DNA of 64,000 nt from an uncultured Gammaproteobacteria bacterium (GTDB lineage Bacteria > Patescibacteriota > Patescibacteriia > JAHIZJ01). Position numbers and translations under genes: made by a program. Location of the stretch: contig CAYJKP010000001.1 in the NCBI GenBank assembly GCA_964371245.1, positions 507,042-571,041 on the forward strand, read 5' to 3'. Below the pieces are notes generated by a model that worked only from the letters and a program-made list of their open reading frames with translations, was not told where the DNA came from and ran no database searches. Shown one piece after another: positions 28,283 through 38,263 of this stretch (positions are counted from its first letter, which is position 1; each line of letters starts with the position of its first letter).

Positions 28283-29935
28283 ATGATCACCCGGACCACA
28301 CTCAAAAACCATCTCATTCTGATCATCCTTTGTGGTATTATCCTAGCGGCGATAGTGACGAATGTCATCTGGATTTTGCGGGATCAAAGTCCGCCGCTGT
28401 GGGATATCGCCGCCCACTCGGCCCGGGCTGTCGACGTCGGCCACTTCATCAAAGAATTCCACCCACGGCTGATTTTCAATTACAATACGAACTATCCGCC
28501 CGTGTCATATCTTGTGACCGGAACCGCGTTTTTGTTTTTCGGCTACCACGATAAAATACCGCAACTCTCCCTGTTGCTGTACCTGCCCTTGTTGATGCTC
28601 AGCGTCTACGGTTTAGGTCGGAAAATATTTCATAATAATACGGCGGCGCTATTTGCAACGTTTTTAGCGATTACCTATCCGTTGTTGACCCATTTTTCGA
28701 GAATTTACGACCTGGATTTTCAGTTAACGGCCTTTGTCGCCAGCACAATATATTGTCTTGTAAAAACGCGCGGGTTTACTGATTGGAAATGGACCGTGCT
28801 CTTTGGCCTATCGTTCAGCTTGGGCTTGCTTACAAAGTGGACATTTGTTGTTTTTCTAATCGGTCCGGTCATCGCCGTTTTCATAACGGAAAAAGTCTAT
28901 CAAAAAAGTCGCCGAAAAAATGCCTGGAAACCGGCTTTGATCACTCTCGCGCTGATCGCCGCGCTGACCGTTCCCTGGTATCTGAAGCATGGCCGTGGCA
29001 TTTTGGCCTCCTCGGAAGCCACTCGATATAACGTTTTCTCTGTCCCATTCGAAAATATTTATAGCCTGGGTAACATCTTCTACTATCCGAATAAAATTAT
29101 TACCGGCCTCTCCTGGCCACTGGCAGCGATCGCTGGCCTGGGACTTATCGTCTTGATCGCCCGCCGTTGGAAAAAAGAACACTGGCTGTTGCTTTCCTGG
29201 ATCATTGTCCCGTACGCCATTATGACCTTCTACTTTTTGTCGAAAGAAACTCGTTACCTTCTGCCGCTCTATCCCGCCCTGGCCTTGGCGTCAGCGAGCG
29301 TCGTGGCGTACGTTAAGGCGAGGTGGATGAAGGCATCAATTATGACGTCTGGGGTTATTGTGGCGATGTTTTTCTGGCTGGCTTCAGCCTGGAACATTAA
29401 TCTTCTGCCCTGGGATGTCAATAAACAATTAGGCTTTTTCAAGGTCTACGGCTTATTTGATCCGTCGACCCAAGAAGTCGGCTATGGCTTTACGTACCCG
29501 ACGCAATATCAGACAAATATCCGCGAAATTCCGCAAGCGATCGCTGATGATGTTAAAATCCGCGGCCTCAGCGACACACAACAAAGAATCGCCGTCGTGC
29601 CGAACAGCATCTTCTTGACCGCCGCCGAAATCCAATATTACGGCAATCTTATCGGACTGAATGCCGACTACCGGCTCAGCTCGCTCATCCGTTCAAAGGA
29701 TTACCAAACATTTCTCGACCAGGCAGACTATATTCTAACCAAGACTGGGGATCAAGGACCAAAGGTGTGGGCGCCGTCTGTTTTAACGGACATTCAAAAA
29801 GCGGCTGACTCTTCATCAAGCGAGGTCTTCAAAAATTTTGAGGTAATAAAAACGTGGCGTGTTTCAGGTATTGAGGCGCGACCGCAAGAAGTCCGCCTCT
29901 ACCGACACAAAACCGGTTGTAACTGCAATAAATAA
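28283..29935 (+). CDS. ArnT/PMT-family (GT39/GT83-like) membrane glycosyltransferase
   Basis: 550 aa, polytopic, with the N-terminal periplasmic loop architecture typical of dolichyl/undecaprenyl-phosphate sugar transferases. Confidence 0.6.
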   Translation: MITRTTLKNHLILIILCGIILAAIVTNVIWILRDQSPPLWDIAAHSARAVDVGHFIKEFHPRLIFNYNTNYPPVSYLVTGTAFLFFGYHDKIPQLSLLLYLPLLMLSVYGLGRKIFHNNTAALFATFLAITYPLLTHFSRIYDLDFQLTAFVASTIYCLVKTRGFTDWKWTVLFGLSFSLGLLTKWTFVVFLIGPVIAVFITEKVYQKSRRKNAWKPALITLALIAALTVPWYLKHGRGILASSEATRYNVFSVPFENIYSLGNIFYYPNKIITGLSWPLAAIAGLGLIVLIARRWKKEHWLLLSWIIVPYAIMTFYFLSKETRYLLPLYPALALASASVVAYVKARWMKASIMTSGVIVAMFFWLASAWNINLLPWDVNKQLGFFKVYGLFDPSTQEVGYGFTYPTQYQTNIREIPQAIADDVKIRGLSDTQQRIAVVPNSIFLTAAEIQYYGNLIGLNADYRLSSLIRSKDYQTFLDQADYILTKTGDQGPKVWAPSVLTDIQKAADSSSSEVFKNFEVIKTWRVSGIEARPQEVRLYRHKTGCNCNK

Positions 29936-29946
29936 TTGCGACGTTT

Positions 29947-29971
29947 TACAACCGTAGGTGGTTGTTTTTTT
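29947..29971 (+). terminator. Rho-independent terminator
   Basis: Stem ACAACC/GGTTGT with loop GTAGGT followed by TTTTTTT. Confidence 0.5.
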
Positions 29972-30052
29972 ATACAAAAAAAGTGCCCGCAGATTGACTG
30001 CCAGGCACGCGCACGAAAGACGGAACAGTTGCGTTGATCAGGCCGAAACAGC

Positions 30053-30535
30053 CTAAGGGTTGATGATCTCGACGCCCTGGATACTCCCCTCGCCGACCGT
30101 ATACCGGATGGCGACTGGGCCTGGCGGACATCCGGTGACTTGTTCGGCCGCCTGGCGACCGCCGATGATGATCGCATTCGATGGCGCGTTGACCAGGAGT
30201 CTTGAGGCAGCTTCGAAATTGTCTTCGACCCCGGTGAAACACGTCATCGGCACACGATGCCCGCTGGCCAGACGAACCATGTCGTGCTCGGTCCGTCCTT
30301 CGAGATACTCTGGACCTCCGACCACCGGCGTCCAACGACCGACCATGAGTCCGAGCGCCTGAGAGATTTCTCGGAACCGGCGGCCGGTGCCGCAGATAAC
30401 GTGGCTCGGGCTCGATGGCAGTACCGCCTTCAATCGCCTGAGTTCGTAGAGGTCGGGCTCGGTCAATGCCGGATCGCCGCTCGGGCCCACCACAGCGCCG
30501 TGCGTGACGAAGTACACGTTACGGGTCTCGGCCAT
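30053..30535 (-). CDS. Hypothetical GC-rich protein (possibly histidine-phosphatase-like)
   Basis: 160 aa, N-terminus VYFVTHGA, markedly higher GC than the backbone. Functional assignment is weak. Confidence 0.35.
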   Translation of the reverse strand: MAETRNVYFVTHGAVVGPSGDPALTEPDLYELRRLKAVLPSSPSHVICGTGRRFREISQALGLMVGRWTPVVGGPEYLEGRTEHDMVRLASGHRVPMTCFTGVEDNFEAASRLLVNAPSNAIIIGGRQAAEQVTGCPPGPVAIRYTVGEGSIQGVEIINP

Positions 30536-30820
30536 TCGATCACCCCCTCCCTATTGAATAGCAGCGCCAACACAACTGGATAGACCCTCCATCCAGATTT
30601 CGCGCAGACAATGTACCGTATCATGCGCCCGTCGTCAATGCCTCACTATTGACACTGTCATATTTTCATGCTAATTTATCGCGTGATTCATATGCTCTTT
30701 CTCACCCGAACTCAGTAGTAACCAGGTTGTAACGTGAAGTTACTGCTTGTCGCTATAGAGATCACGGTCTAATAGGCTACCAACGTCTCACCGGAATCCA
30801 AAAGAGGGAGGTTCTTGGGT

Positions 30821-31585
30821 ATGCTAATTCGTTGTCAGGATCACCTGATCATCGTTTCTGAGGAAGGCGGCTCAATCCTGTACTGGCAGTGGGGACCGTA
30901 TGTCATTCTGGGTCCGACCCGGCTGGAGCGGATCGGCGATATTCTGAAGGTTCGCGGCGAATCCCATTGGTGCTTTCCCTATCACGGGACTGCGCCGGCG
31001 GGCAGCCCGTTCGAGGATGATCCGAAACACGGCTATCTGCGCGGCTTGCTCATGAATCCGGAGCGCCACCACAGCGAGCATGTCATTCACTCGGTAGCTT
31101 CGGTGATGAATGAGCTCTGGGACTGTCTCCTGCGCACCGAGGTGATGCTCCTGACCAACGGCCAGCCCGGTGATACGCTCGTTCATGGGCTGAAGTGCGC
31201 CTATCGGCAAGGCCGGTTTCCGCGATTCGCTGATCTGCCTGTCCTGCCGGCAGTTCATCCTTACTTCAGCACGGTCGGCGGGGCGACTGTTTCGATCGGC
31301 GGAAATAAGATCGGCCTGGACTGCGCGCAGCTTGGTCCGTTGCGGATCCCCCGTCGTGACCCGATTGTCGTCGAGCGTCCATTCGGACGGATCACGATGA
31401 TGGTCTCAGGCACCCACGACTGCGACTGGGTCGTGGTCTGGTCTGACCGGCCGGCTGACTATGTCTGCGTCGAGCCGATCTGGGCGGGTGAACCCGGCAC
31501 GTTCGGTACCCCTCAGCAGAAGACGTTCCTGAAGCCCGGCCAGACCATCGCGTGTGAGGTCCGGTACGAATTCGAGCCGAAGTAG
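30821..31585 (+). CDS. Aldose 1-epimerase-like (hexose-phosphate mutarotase-like) protein, GC-rich
   Basis: AGGGAGG SD 10 nt before the ATG. HWCFPYHG and beta-sandwich-like composition. Family assignment is tentative. Confidence 0.4.
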   Translation: MLIRCQDHLIIVSEEGGSILYWQWGPYVILGPTRLERIGDILKVRGESHWCFPYHGTAPAGSPFEDDPKHGYLRGLLMNPERHHSEHVIHSVASVMNELWDCLLRTEVMLLTNGQPGDTLVHGLKCAYRQGRFPRFADLPVLPAVHPYFSTVGGATVSIGGNKIGLDCAQLGPLRIPRRDPIVVERPFGRITMMVSGTHDCDWVVVWSDRPADYVCVEPIWAGEPGTFGTPQQKTFLKPGQTIACEVRYEFEPK

Positions 31586-31685
31586 CCGCACTGGCCGCCC
31601 CGAGGCAATTCACTTCTCCTGCTCCGTTCCTCCCCCGTTGCGTAGTATCCACTATGCCACGGGGTTTTCATTTTATTAAAAAACA

Positions 31686-31716
31686 AAGAAAATTTTTCTT
31701 TGTTCCTATATATGCT
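31686..31716 (-). terminator. Intrinsic terminator of the thyX-dut unit
   Basis: Stem AACAAAGAAAA/TTTTCTTTGTT followed on the minus strand by a T-run. Confidence 0.45.
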
Positions 31717-31722
31717 ACCATA

Positions 31723-33414
31723 CTACTTACGTAGCTTATCTTCCAGTTCACGCTCCTTCACCCGTTGCTTCGCTTCCGAATCAGCCCGCGCCCAATCATA
31801 TTGATTGTGGTCCACAAATTTCATATGCTCGGCTCGCCAAGCTGAACGCTCTTTTATTTTGTCATGAAGTGCCTGACAGACGCGGCGATAGGCAGGGTGG
31901 CCTTGCGGTCCGGTTCGCAATTCGAGCAAATGATAGGCTTCGCGTTCGTTAAACGCCAAGAGCCAGCGCACTTTTGATCCGTGCAGCGTGGCGTATTGCG
32001 CTTGCGTCGGGAAATCCTTTACTAAAACATTAAAAAGCGCGACTGACTTTTCGTGGCACGCTTGGATTTCTTTCTCAAACCCGGCCGTGACAATGTCCGG
32101 CGGCATGGTAAAGCCCAGCAAGGGTGAAAACTGCTGGCGCAATTGCGAAGTCATCCGATGCCGCATCAGATCCTTATAGACGCCGAAATCCGTGACCAAA
32201 TCAAAGGTGTAGGGATAGCCGGCTTCAAGCGCTCGATACGGCCGGTCGCGCCTGGTTTTCCGTTCGCCGACGTATCCTTGAATAACCCGGTTTTTCTGAT
32301 TATCGGTCATTTTTTCCACGATCTTCAGGATTTGCCGCAATGGCAGCCGGCAATACACATACAGCATCATTGCCAGGGTAACGGTATCAAAACGCTGCTG
32401 GAGGGCGTTTTTTACCTTATCAAGGGTGATATAGCCATCGTGAAGCTTGTGAGCAATGAAATTCTCACCATAATCGAGCATTGACACGTCTTCGTCTGTC
32501 ATCGGTTCAACAGGAGCAAAAAGCTCATCAGCCAGGTTGCGCATCGCCGTATCGTTCGCAGCCTGGTAATCGTTGACTCGAGCTCGGCGCACGTACGCTG
32601 GAATAATTTTTGCTAGTTCGCGGCTGCACGCCTCCCCGACGGTTCGCGCCTCAGGCAGCGGGCTGGAAATAAGGCTGCTGATCAGACTCTGGTAAAATCG
32701 GCCGTTACCGAACCAGCCGACATTTGTTTTCGTGGCCAAGGGCAGAATATACCGCAGGGTGTCGCAGGCGCGCGTCCGGATATCCATGTTGTAGGTGGTT
32801 TTGAACGCTTTCTGATCGGCCGGCTCTGTGAGATCATCATACCGCTGCTTGACCTTTGTCCCCTTGATGTCGTATTCAGCTTGTTTTAACGGTTTCAATT
32901 TCTGATAGAACTTTTTCATTGGCTCAATCAGGTCGCAATAGGTTTGAAAAAGAAAATCCATGGTTTCAACATAGGCCGGGCCGTGCTTCGAAGCAATGAT
33001 TTCCGGCGGACGGTAATACCGGTATTGGCCGTTTTCGTCCTGCTGGTCGTAAAACACATAGCGCGTCGACTGTTCAATCGGCGACCCGCCGATCCGGCAC
33101 TCCTCCAATTCCTTAGTCGCTAAGACTGAAATGTTTTCTGTTGACAAATGCGCGCCTTCCAGCTCGCCCACGGAATCGTCGCCGAACGCGATCAAGACGC
33201 GCTGGATCAATTCCTCGGCGTGGACCGGATCGACCACGCCTTCCTTGATGAATTCCTTGAGCAAGACTTCTCGAAACCCGCCCTTGGCTCGGCTGTAGCG
33301 CGCGTAGGCCGCACCCACCATGCCTTGCATCCCGGTCACGCAAAAAACGTCGCCGGTAGGGTCGGTTACGTATTTCTTGAGCAATTCAATTTCGTCTGGT
33401 TTGAAAAACGCCAT
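31723..33414 (-). CDS. thyX: ThyX-like FAD-dependent thymidylate synthase, long (~560 aa) form
   Basis: RHR-containing block LMRHRMTSQLRQQFS resembles the ThyX RHRxxS signature. The gene directly precedes dut. It is far longer than a canonical ThyX, so the call is tentative. Confidence 0.45.
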   Translation of the reverse strand: MAFFKPDEIELLKKYVTDPTGDVFCVTGMQGMVGAAYARYSRAKGGFREVLLKEFIKEGVVDPVHAEELIQRVLIAFGDDSVGELEGAHLSTENISVLATKELEECRIGGSPIEQSTRYVFYDQQDENGQYRYYRPPEIIASKHGPAYVETMDFLFQTYCDLIEPMKKFYQKLKPLKQAEYDIKGTKVKQRYDDLTEPADQKAFKTTYNMDIRTRACDTLRYILPLATKTNVGWFGNGRFYQSLISSLISSPLPEARTVGEACSRELAKIIPAYVRRARVNDYQAANDTAMRNLADELFAPVEPMTDEDVSMLDYGENFIAHKLHDGYITLDKVKNALQQRFDTVTLAMMLYVYCRLPLRQILKIVEKMTDNQKNRVIQGYVGERKTRRDRPYRALEAGYPYTFDLVTDFGVYKDLMRHRMTSQLRQQFSPLLGFTMPPDIVTAGFEKEIQACHEKSVALFNVLVKDFPTQAQYATLHGSKVRWLLAFNEREAYHLLELRTGPQGHPAYRRVCQALHDKIKERSAWRAEHMKFVDHNQYDWARADSEAKQRVKERELEDKLRK

Positions 33415-33421
33415 CCTGGTG

Positions 33422-33847
33422 TTACCGCCCGGTGCTGCCAAAACGGCCTTGTCCCCGCGCGGTTTCGCTTAATGTTTCGGTTTCAATGATGTCGACTCGC
33501 TCAACTGGCTGGATCAACAATTGGGCGATTTTATCGCCGGTTTTTATCTCGTGAACCTGCTGGCTGGTGTTTAACAGCACAATCACCAATTCGCCGCGAT
33601 AACCCGAATCAAGCACACCGGCCAAGCAATGAATGCCGTGTTTATGCGCCATTCCGCCTTTGTCCCAGATTAACCCGACGTATTTTTCAGAAAATTCAAA
33701 GGCTAAACCAGTAAAAAACGAACGGCGCTCGCCGGGCTGCAAGGAATAATCCTCACAGCTGCAAATGTCCAGTCCGGCATCACCGGGCTGGGCGTATTTC
33801 GGTATAATCGCCGCTGGTTTTAATTTCTTTACTTTCACCTTGGTCAT
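33422..33847 (-). CDS. dut: dUTP diphosphatase
   Basis: dUTPase motifs (DAGLDI, GLIWDKGGMA, GVLDSGYRGEL). Start at MTKVKVKK. Confidence 0.8.
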   Translation of the reverse strand: MTKVKVKKLKPAAIIPKYAQPGDAGLDICSCEDYSLQPGERRSFFTGLAFEFSEKYVGLIWDKGGMAHKHGIHCLAGVLDSGYRGELVIVLLNTSQQVHEIKTGDKIAQLLIQPVERVDIIETETLSETARGQGRFGSTGR

Positions 33848-33940
33848 AACTAGGTATAGTGTATCGGAAAAAACCGGTTTTGGCAAAAGAAAAACGGGCA
33901 GGTCACCTCTCAAAAGAGGTCTGCCCGTTGGTGCCGGTTC

Positions 33941-35080
33941 CTAGGAACGCGGCTGAAATCGGGGTAGCAATTGCTCCATGATCTTCTTGATGCCACCGTA
34001 CTCAAGCTCGCCATAGGGCAGCATGGCAGGGCCGAAGAACCCCTGCTGGCGAAGACCGAGGGCCTTCTCCTGGACCTTGCGCCTGACCTCGTCCCAGGCC
34101 GGGTTGCCGAAGACGTCTTCGGCGCTGCGGCTGAACGTTCCGCCCGGCGCGAGGGAGAACGACATCGCCGACACAATCGGTAGACAGTATGGTCCCGTCA
34201 CGGCCGTGTTCTTGGGCACGGGCATGAGCGGCATGACGTGGCTGCCGCGCGCGCCGCCGGCCACGTAATGGCCGATCACCCAGGGCATGACCACCTCTTC
34301 CAGCGCCGGGAAGATCCCCTGGATGCGCACGATCGCCACCGGATCGTCCTTGCCGGTGTACCGGCCGGCGATGTTGTGCAGGCGCTGGGCCGAAACGGCA
34401 ACGGCCTGCTGCTTCGGAAACGCGCGGGAGTAGATCGCATCGATCGCGAACCGCTCATTGTCACGCAGCAGCGCGGCGATCGCATACAGATCTTCCGGCG
34501 CCTGGAGCGTGATGAGTGAATCGTGATCAGCCTGATCCATGTCGATGATCTGGAACGTGTAGCCCTGGCTCTGCCGGTCGGAGAGGATGAGTCCGCTCGA
34601 GTACATCGGATCGGCGAAGGCCAAATAGAACGGAAGGTTGTACGCGCCGGGGCCGCACTTGTCGGCCGCGAACACGACGAACGACTCGGCCGGACGACAG
34701 GTGCCAGCCGCCGTCGGGTCATGTTCGAATGTCAGCTCGGCCACGGCCGGTCCGGCACCGCGCAGATTGCCGGAGGGCGCGTCGACCAGAAGGTCCTGGC
34801 CAGCTGCATAGAGACCGCGCTTCTGGGCGTTACGCGTTGCCCCCAGAAACGCGTGGTGAACCAGTTCGAGGTGCACCACCTGGCTCAGCGGCCCGTGCAG
34901 ATGGGCCAGCACGCAGTTGATGTCATCCCCGGTGAACATAGTCAGTCCATCGAGAATTGTCTTGCGGCTGACCGCCTCCCGCACTGCGCTCTGGACGGTG
35001 GCCATCATTTCCGATGATGGCCGCGTATGTCCACCGATTGATCCAACGTCCGCCTTGAGACAAGAAAGAGTGACCTTCAT
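33941..35080 (-). CDS. Fructose-1,6-bisphosphate aldolase/phosphatase (archaeal-type class V FBPase)
   Basis: N-terminus MKVTLSCLKADVGSIGGHT matches the FBP aldolase/phosphatase family start. About 380 aa, very GC-rich, strong AGGAGG SD. Confidence 0.7.
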   Translation of the reverse strand: MKVTLSCLKADVGSIGGHTRPSSEMMATVQSAVREAVSRKTILDGLTMFTGDDINCVLAHLHGPLSQVVHLELVHHAFLGATRNAQKRGLYAAGQDLLVDAPSGNLRGAGPAVAELTFEHDPTAAGTCRPAESFVVFAADKCGPGAYNLPFYLAFADPMYSSGLILSDRQSQGYTFQIIDMDQADHDSLITLQAPEDLYAIAALLRDNERFAIDAIYSRAFPKQQAVAVSAQRLHNIAGRYTGKDDPVAIVRIQGIFPALEEVVMPWVIGHYVAGGARGSHVMPLMPVPKNTAVTGPYCLPIVSAMSFSLAPGGTFSRSAEDVFGNPAWDEVRRKVQEKALGLRQQGFFGPAMLPYGELEYGGIKKIMEQLLPRFQPRS

Positions 35081-35111
35081 GAGAGTCACCTCCTCTGTCG
35101 TGGGCCGAGAA

Positions 35112-35143
35112 GCAAAATAACACACAACCCTTCTCTGAGGGTT
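35112..35143 (-). terminator. Intrinsic terminator ending the long ribosomal/dikinase-like operon
   Basis: Stem AACCCT/AGGGTT followed on the minus strand by a T-rich tract (GTGTGTTATTTTG). Confidence 0.4.
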
Positions 35144-35207
35144 TCGCTGCTATCTTACATGATTTTTGAAAATAAAAAAGAGGCAGGGTGTGAATAACTT
35201 TTTTCTG

Positions 35208-35723
35208 TTATTCGGCTGCCAAGTTCTTGTAGAGCGAGTGGACTTCTTCGCTAAAACAAGCGATTATTACTCTCTTTATGCTCGTATGTTTTTGAATGAA
35301 TTGACGAATCTCTCGCAGGGCAATCGGCGCCGCTATATCGACTGGAAATCGGTATGCTCCCGTGCTGATTGACGGAAAGGCGATCGTCTTCACTCCATTT
35401 TCCACGGCGAGTGTAAGTGAATTACGGTAGCACGAGGCTAATTGGTCTGCTTCGCCGCGCGTCCCGCCAGTCCAGACCGGCCCGACCGTATGGATGATGA
35501 ATTTCGCCGGCAATTTATAGCCTTTGGTAATTTTCGCTTCGCCAGTCGGACAGCCGCCGATTTTTTCGCATTCCTTCAATAGCTCTGGTCCGGCTGCCCG
35601 GTGGATCGCTCCATCCACTCCCCCGCCTCCCAACAAACTTGAGTTGGCTGCATTGACGATCGCATCAACATGAAGCGTGGTGATGTCGGCTTTAATAATT
35701 TCAATCCGTCTATTTGCCATCAT
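35208..35723 (-). CDS. Macro domain protein (O-acetyl-ADP-ribose deacetylase/MacroD-like)
   Basis: Motifs [23 protein letters not shown] and GEAKIT...HTVGP. 171 aa. Confidence 0.8.
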   Translation of the reverse strand: MMANRRIEIIKADITTLHVDAIVNAANSSLLGGGGVDGAIHRAAGPELLKECEKIGGCPTGEAKITKGYKLPAKFIIHTVGPVWTGGTRGEADQLASCYRNSLTLAVENGVKTIAFPSISTGAYRFPVDIAAPIALREIRQFIQKHTSIKRVIIACFSEEVHSLYKNLAAE

Positions 35724-37228
35724 TATCGTATTTTCCTGACTAAGCCGTTCGCCGCGTCAATTTCAACCAGATCGCCGTCTTTTAAAACCCGCATGGCCAT
35801 GCGCGTTCCGACCACACAGGGTATTTTCAGCTCCCGGGCAATGATCGCCGCATGCGACGTCAGCCCGCCCTCATCGGTCACAATCGCTCCGGCTTTGTGC
35901 ATGTAGGGAACGAAATCAGGCCGCGTCATGTAGGTCAGCAGTATCTCCCCCGGCCGCAGATTCTTGCCATGCTTTGACGGCGTTTCGATTTTGCGAATAA
36001 TGCCACGCAGGACGCCTGGCGATGCACCGATGCCATGCAAAACCGTCGTGTTGGCCGGCACATTCATACCCGAAATCCGTTTCCAGATTCGCTCATACTG
36101 CTGTCCGCTGACCATGCCCTCGGCACCGTTCGTAAACGCATAATAGAGACAACCGTTTTTTCGGCGTTTCAATTCCGCGCTGGCCACACGTCTTCCTCGG
36201 TAGACGGCAAAGAGTTCATCCGGCGTGAGGTGCCAGATTTCTGTCCTGGTATAACCGAGCTGCTTGGCAAATACACTGATAAATTTCTGGCACCAATAGT
36301 TGGCGATCAGGTTAGCCTGTTTCCGCTCATCTTGCCAATGTCCGGCAAATCCGATCGAGCGCAGAATTTTTATTTCGGTCGTCGTTAGCCGCGTGTGGTT
36401 TTTTGCTTTCCGTTGTAGCGTGATCGTATGTTTTTGGTAGCGTTGTAATTCGCGCGCCCGCTGACGCAAAGCAGTACGTGGACGGGCAATGTAGGACCGC
36501 AGTTTTTGAAAAAAATGATCATTGGTTAATGGCACAGTGTTGCGATAATCAAAATAGATCCAAAAAAACTTTCGCTGAATATGCTCAAGCGCTCGATACT
36601 GTTTCGGCCATTGTTTTCGAAATTCATCCATTTTCCTCGGCAGCCGCTTCCCTTCCAATCCCAGCGCCAGTTCGAGCAGAGGCAGCTCGGCGCGTTGAAG
36701 AAATGATGGTTTCGGCGCGCGGGTAAAGATAACGATGTCGGAATCCAGTTGCTTGTACTCGGCGTAGCGCCGTTTTAGTTGCCGTACGAATTTATCCCCG
36801 CCCAGCGAATAATATTCAGTAATCAGCGGGAGGCTATATTCTCGAAGGTAAATATGATAAAAGCGCCGAAATTCTTTCGACGGCTGTTTTGTAATATCAA
36901 GGCGCTCCAACCGGCTGATTTCGCGGTAAAATTCCCGTTTGCGCTCCAACCAGCACCGGTAGACGCGCTGGACGTATTCGGGCTGTCGGAAGCACCAATA
37001 CCCTTTATCTTCAAATTCCTGCTCGTCGTAGATCCAATACGATTTCAGACCGTTCTGCGTGGAAACAACGGCGATTTTCTCAGCGCCCAATTTCGGAAAT
37101 TGCCGGCGGAGCACGGAGGTGATCGCCTGTCCGGGAATGATCGCCGTGAACGGCACGAAGACCCCGCCCTGGATCACCCAGTGCGTGGTACCGGAAAATA
37201 ATTTCTTTTCGGCCGCGGCAATATTCAT
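35723..37228 (-). CDS. Swivel-domain protein A: unknown basic/aromatic N-terminal domain plus C-terminal PEP-utilizing-enzyme phosphohistidine domain
   Basis: C-terminus GIGASPG...[25 protein letters not shown]...[10 protein letters not shown] matches the PpsA/PPDK/rifampin-phosphotransferase His domain. Its start overlaps the gene B stop (ATGA). Confidence 0.6.
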   Translation of the reverse strand: MNIAAAEKKLFSGTTHWVIQGGVFVPFTAIIPGQAITSVLRRQFPKLGAEKIAVVSTQNGLKSYWIYDEQEFEDKGYWCFRQPEYVQRVYRCWLERKREFYREISRLERLDITKQPSKEFRRFYHIYLREYSLPLITEYYSLGGDKFVRQLKRRYAEYKQLDSDIVIFTRAPKPSFLQRAELPLLELALGLEGKRLPRKMDEFRKQWPKQYRALEHIQRKFFWIYFDYRNTVPLTNDHFFQKLRSYIARPRTALRQRARELQRYQKHTITLQRKAKNHTRLTTTEIKILRSIGFAGHWQDERKQANLIANYWCQKFISVFAKQLGYTRTEIWHLTPDELFAVYRGRRVASAELKRRKNGCLYYAFTNGAEGMVSGQQYERIWKRISGMNVPANTTVLHGIGASPGVLRGIIRKIETPSKHGKNLRPGEILLTYMTRPDFVPYMHKAGAIVTDEGGLTSHAAIIARELKIPCVVGTRMAMRVLKDGDLVEIDAANGLVRKIR

Positions 37229-38250
37229 ACTTTTGTAATGATACCACGATTGGCGTCCACTTTGATCCGATCGCCGGTTTGTAAAACCTGCGTCGCTACT
37301 TTTGCCCCGATAATGCACGGGATTCGGAGCTCGCGCGACACGATCGCCGCATGGCAGGTTATTCCTCCTTCATCGGTAACGATCGCCGATGATTTTTTCA
37401 TGGCGCCAAGATAGCGTGGATCCGTCATCGGCGTTATAAGTATTTCTCCATTCTTTATCGAGCGCAGATCGCGCGGATGCAATATTATCCGCGCTTGTCC
37501 AAATACTTTACCACCATAGGCGCATTGTCCTGTTATCATGCTGGCATCGATAGTTCGTTCAATTTCTTGATATAATTCCTTAATTTTCTTTCTGGCATTG
37601 ATACCGGTTAACACCTTTTTCTTATTTCGACCATATATGACGCATGATTGTTTCCGACGTTTCTGAATATTTGTCGGCAATGTACCCGTAGCCAAATACC
37701 GATAATATTCTACGTCAATTAGGTATCGCAAGGTATCTTTTCCGAGCCCCCGTTCTTTCTCAAAACGCGCGAGCAACGTCGCGTGATGGCTGATCCCAAT
37801 TTTATGGACCAGCTCGTATTTTCTCCTTGTCCGCATCAGCGTTTGTAGCAGGGCCGCGCTGCATCGTTCTCTCAAGCGCGGCACGTAAGCGGCCACAAAA
37901 ATAATGTCAGTAAATTTGCGGATAAATTCTTCTGACTCCTTTAAGGCAGCGAGCGTGTTACCATGTTTTCCTCTGACGAAATTCTGAAAAGACATGCGCT
38001 CGCGTTCCCGTGCCGTAATAAGTTTGTTCAGATTATTTAAAGAATGATTTTTCAGCCAGCCAAGAGCATATCCGCGATAATCTGTTTCTGCCAGCCAGTG
38101 ATTGAACACGCCATTCTCAACGGTTACGTACATCGTATGCGGGACATAATGAAAATACCGGCACAACCGCTGAGACAATAATTCATCCATGACAAAGGTG
38201 GTGGCTAGGACTGTATATGACCGACGATGTTTTTCATAACGCACGCTCAT
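37225..38250 (-). CDS. Swivel-domain protein B (paralog; unknown N-terminus plus PEP-utilizer His domain)
   Basis: C-terminus TDEGGITCHAAIVSRELRIPCIIGA...TGDRIKVDA. Confidence 0.6.
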   Translation of the reverse strand: MSVRYEKHRRSYTVLATTFVMDELLSQRLCRYFHYVPHTMYVTVENGVFNHWLAETDYRGYALGWLKNHSLNNLNKLITARERERMSFQNFVRGKHGNTLAALKESEEFIRKFTDIIFVAAYVPRLRERCSAALLQTLMRTRRKYELVHKIGISHHATLLARFEKERGLGKDTLRYLIDVEYYRYLATGTLPTNIQKRRKQSCVIYGRNKKKVLTGINARKKIKELYQEIERTIDASMITGQCAYGGKVFGQARIILHPRDLRSIKNGEILITPMTDPRYLGAMKKSSAIVTDEGGITCHAAIVSRELRIPCIIGAKVATQVLQTGDRIKVDANRGIITKV

Positions 38251-38263
38251 TATATTCCGACAA

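Noticed and set aside
33910-35125. Many overlapping ORFs on both strands (e.g. 34276-34722, 34523-35017, 33910-34176)
   Set aside because: This is a very GC-rich region, and only the frame encoding FBP aldolase/phosphatase has a recognizable family signature and a strong SD. The others are Arg/Ala/Pro-rich frame artefacts.
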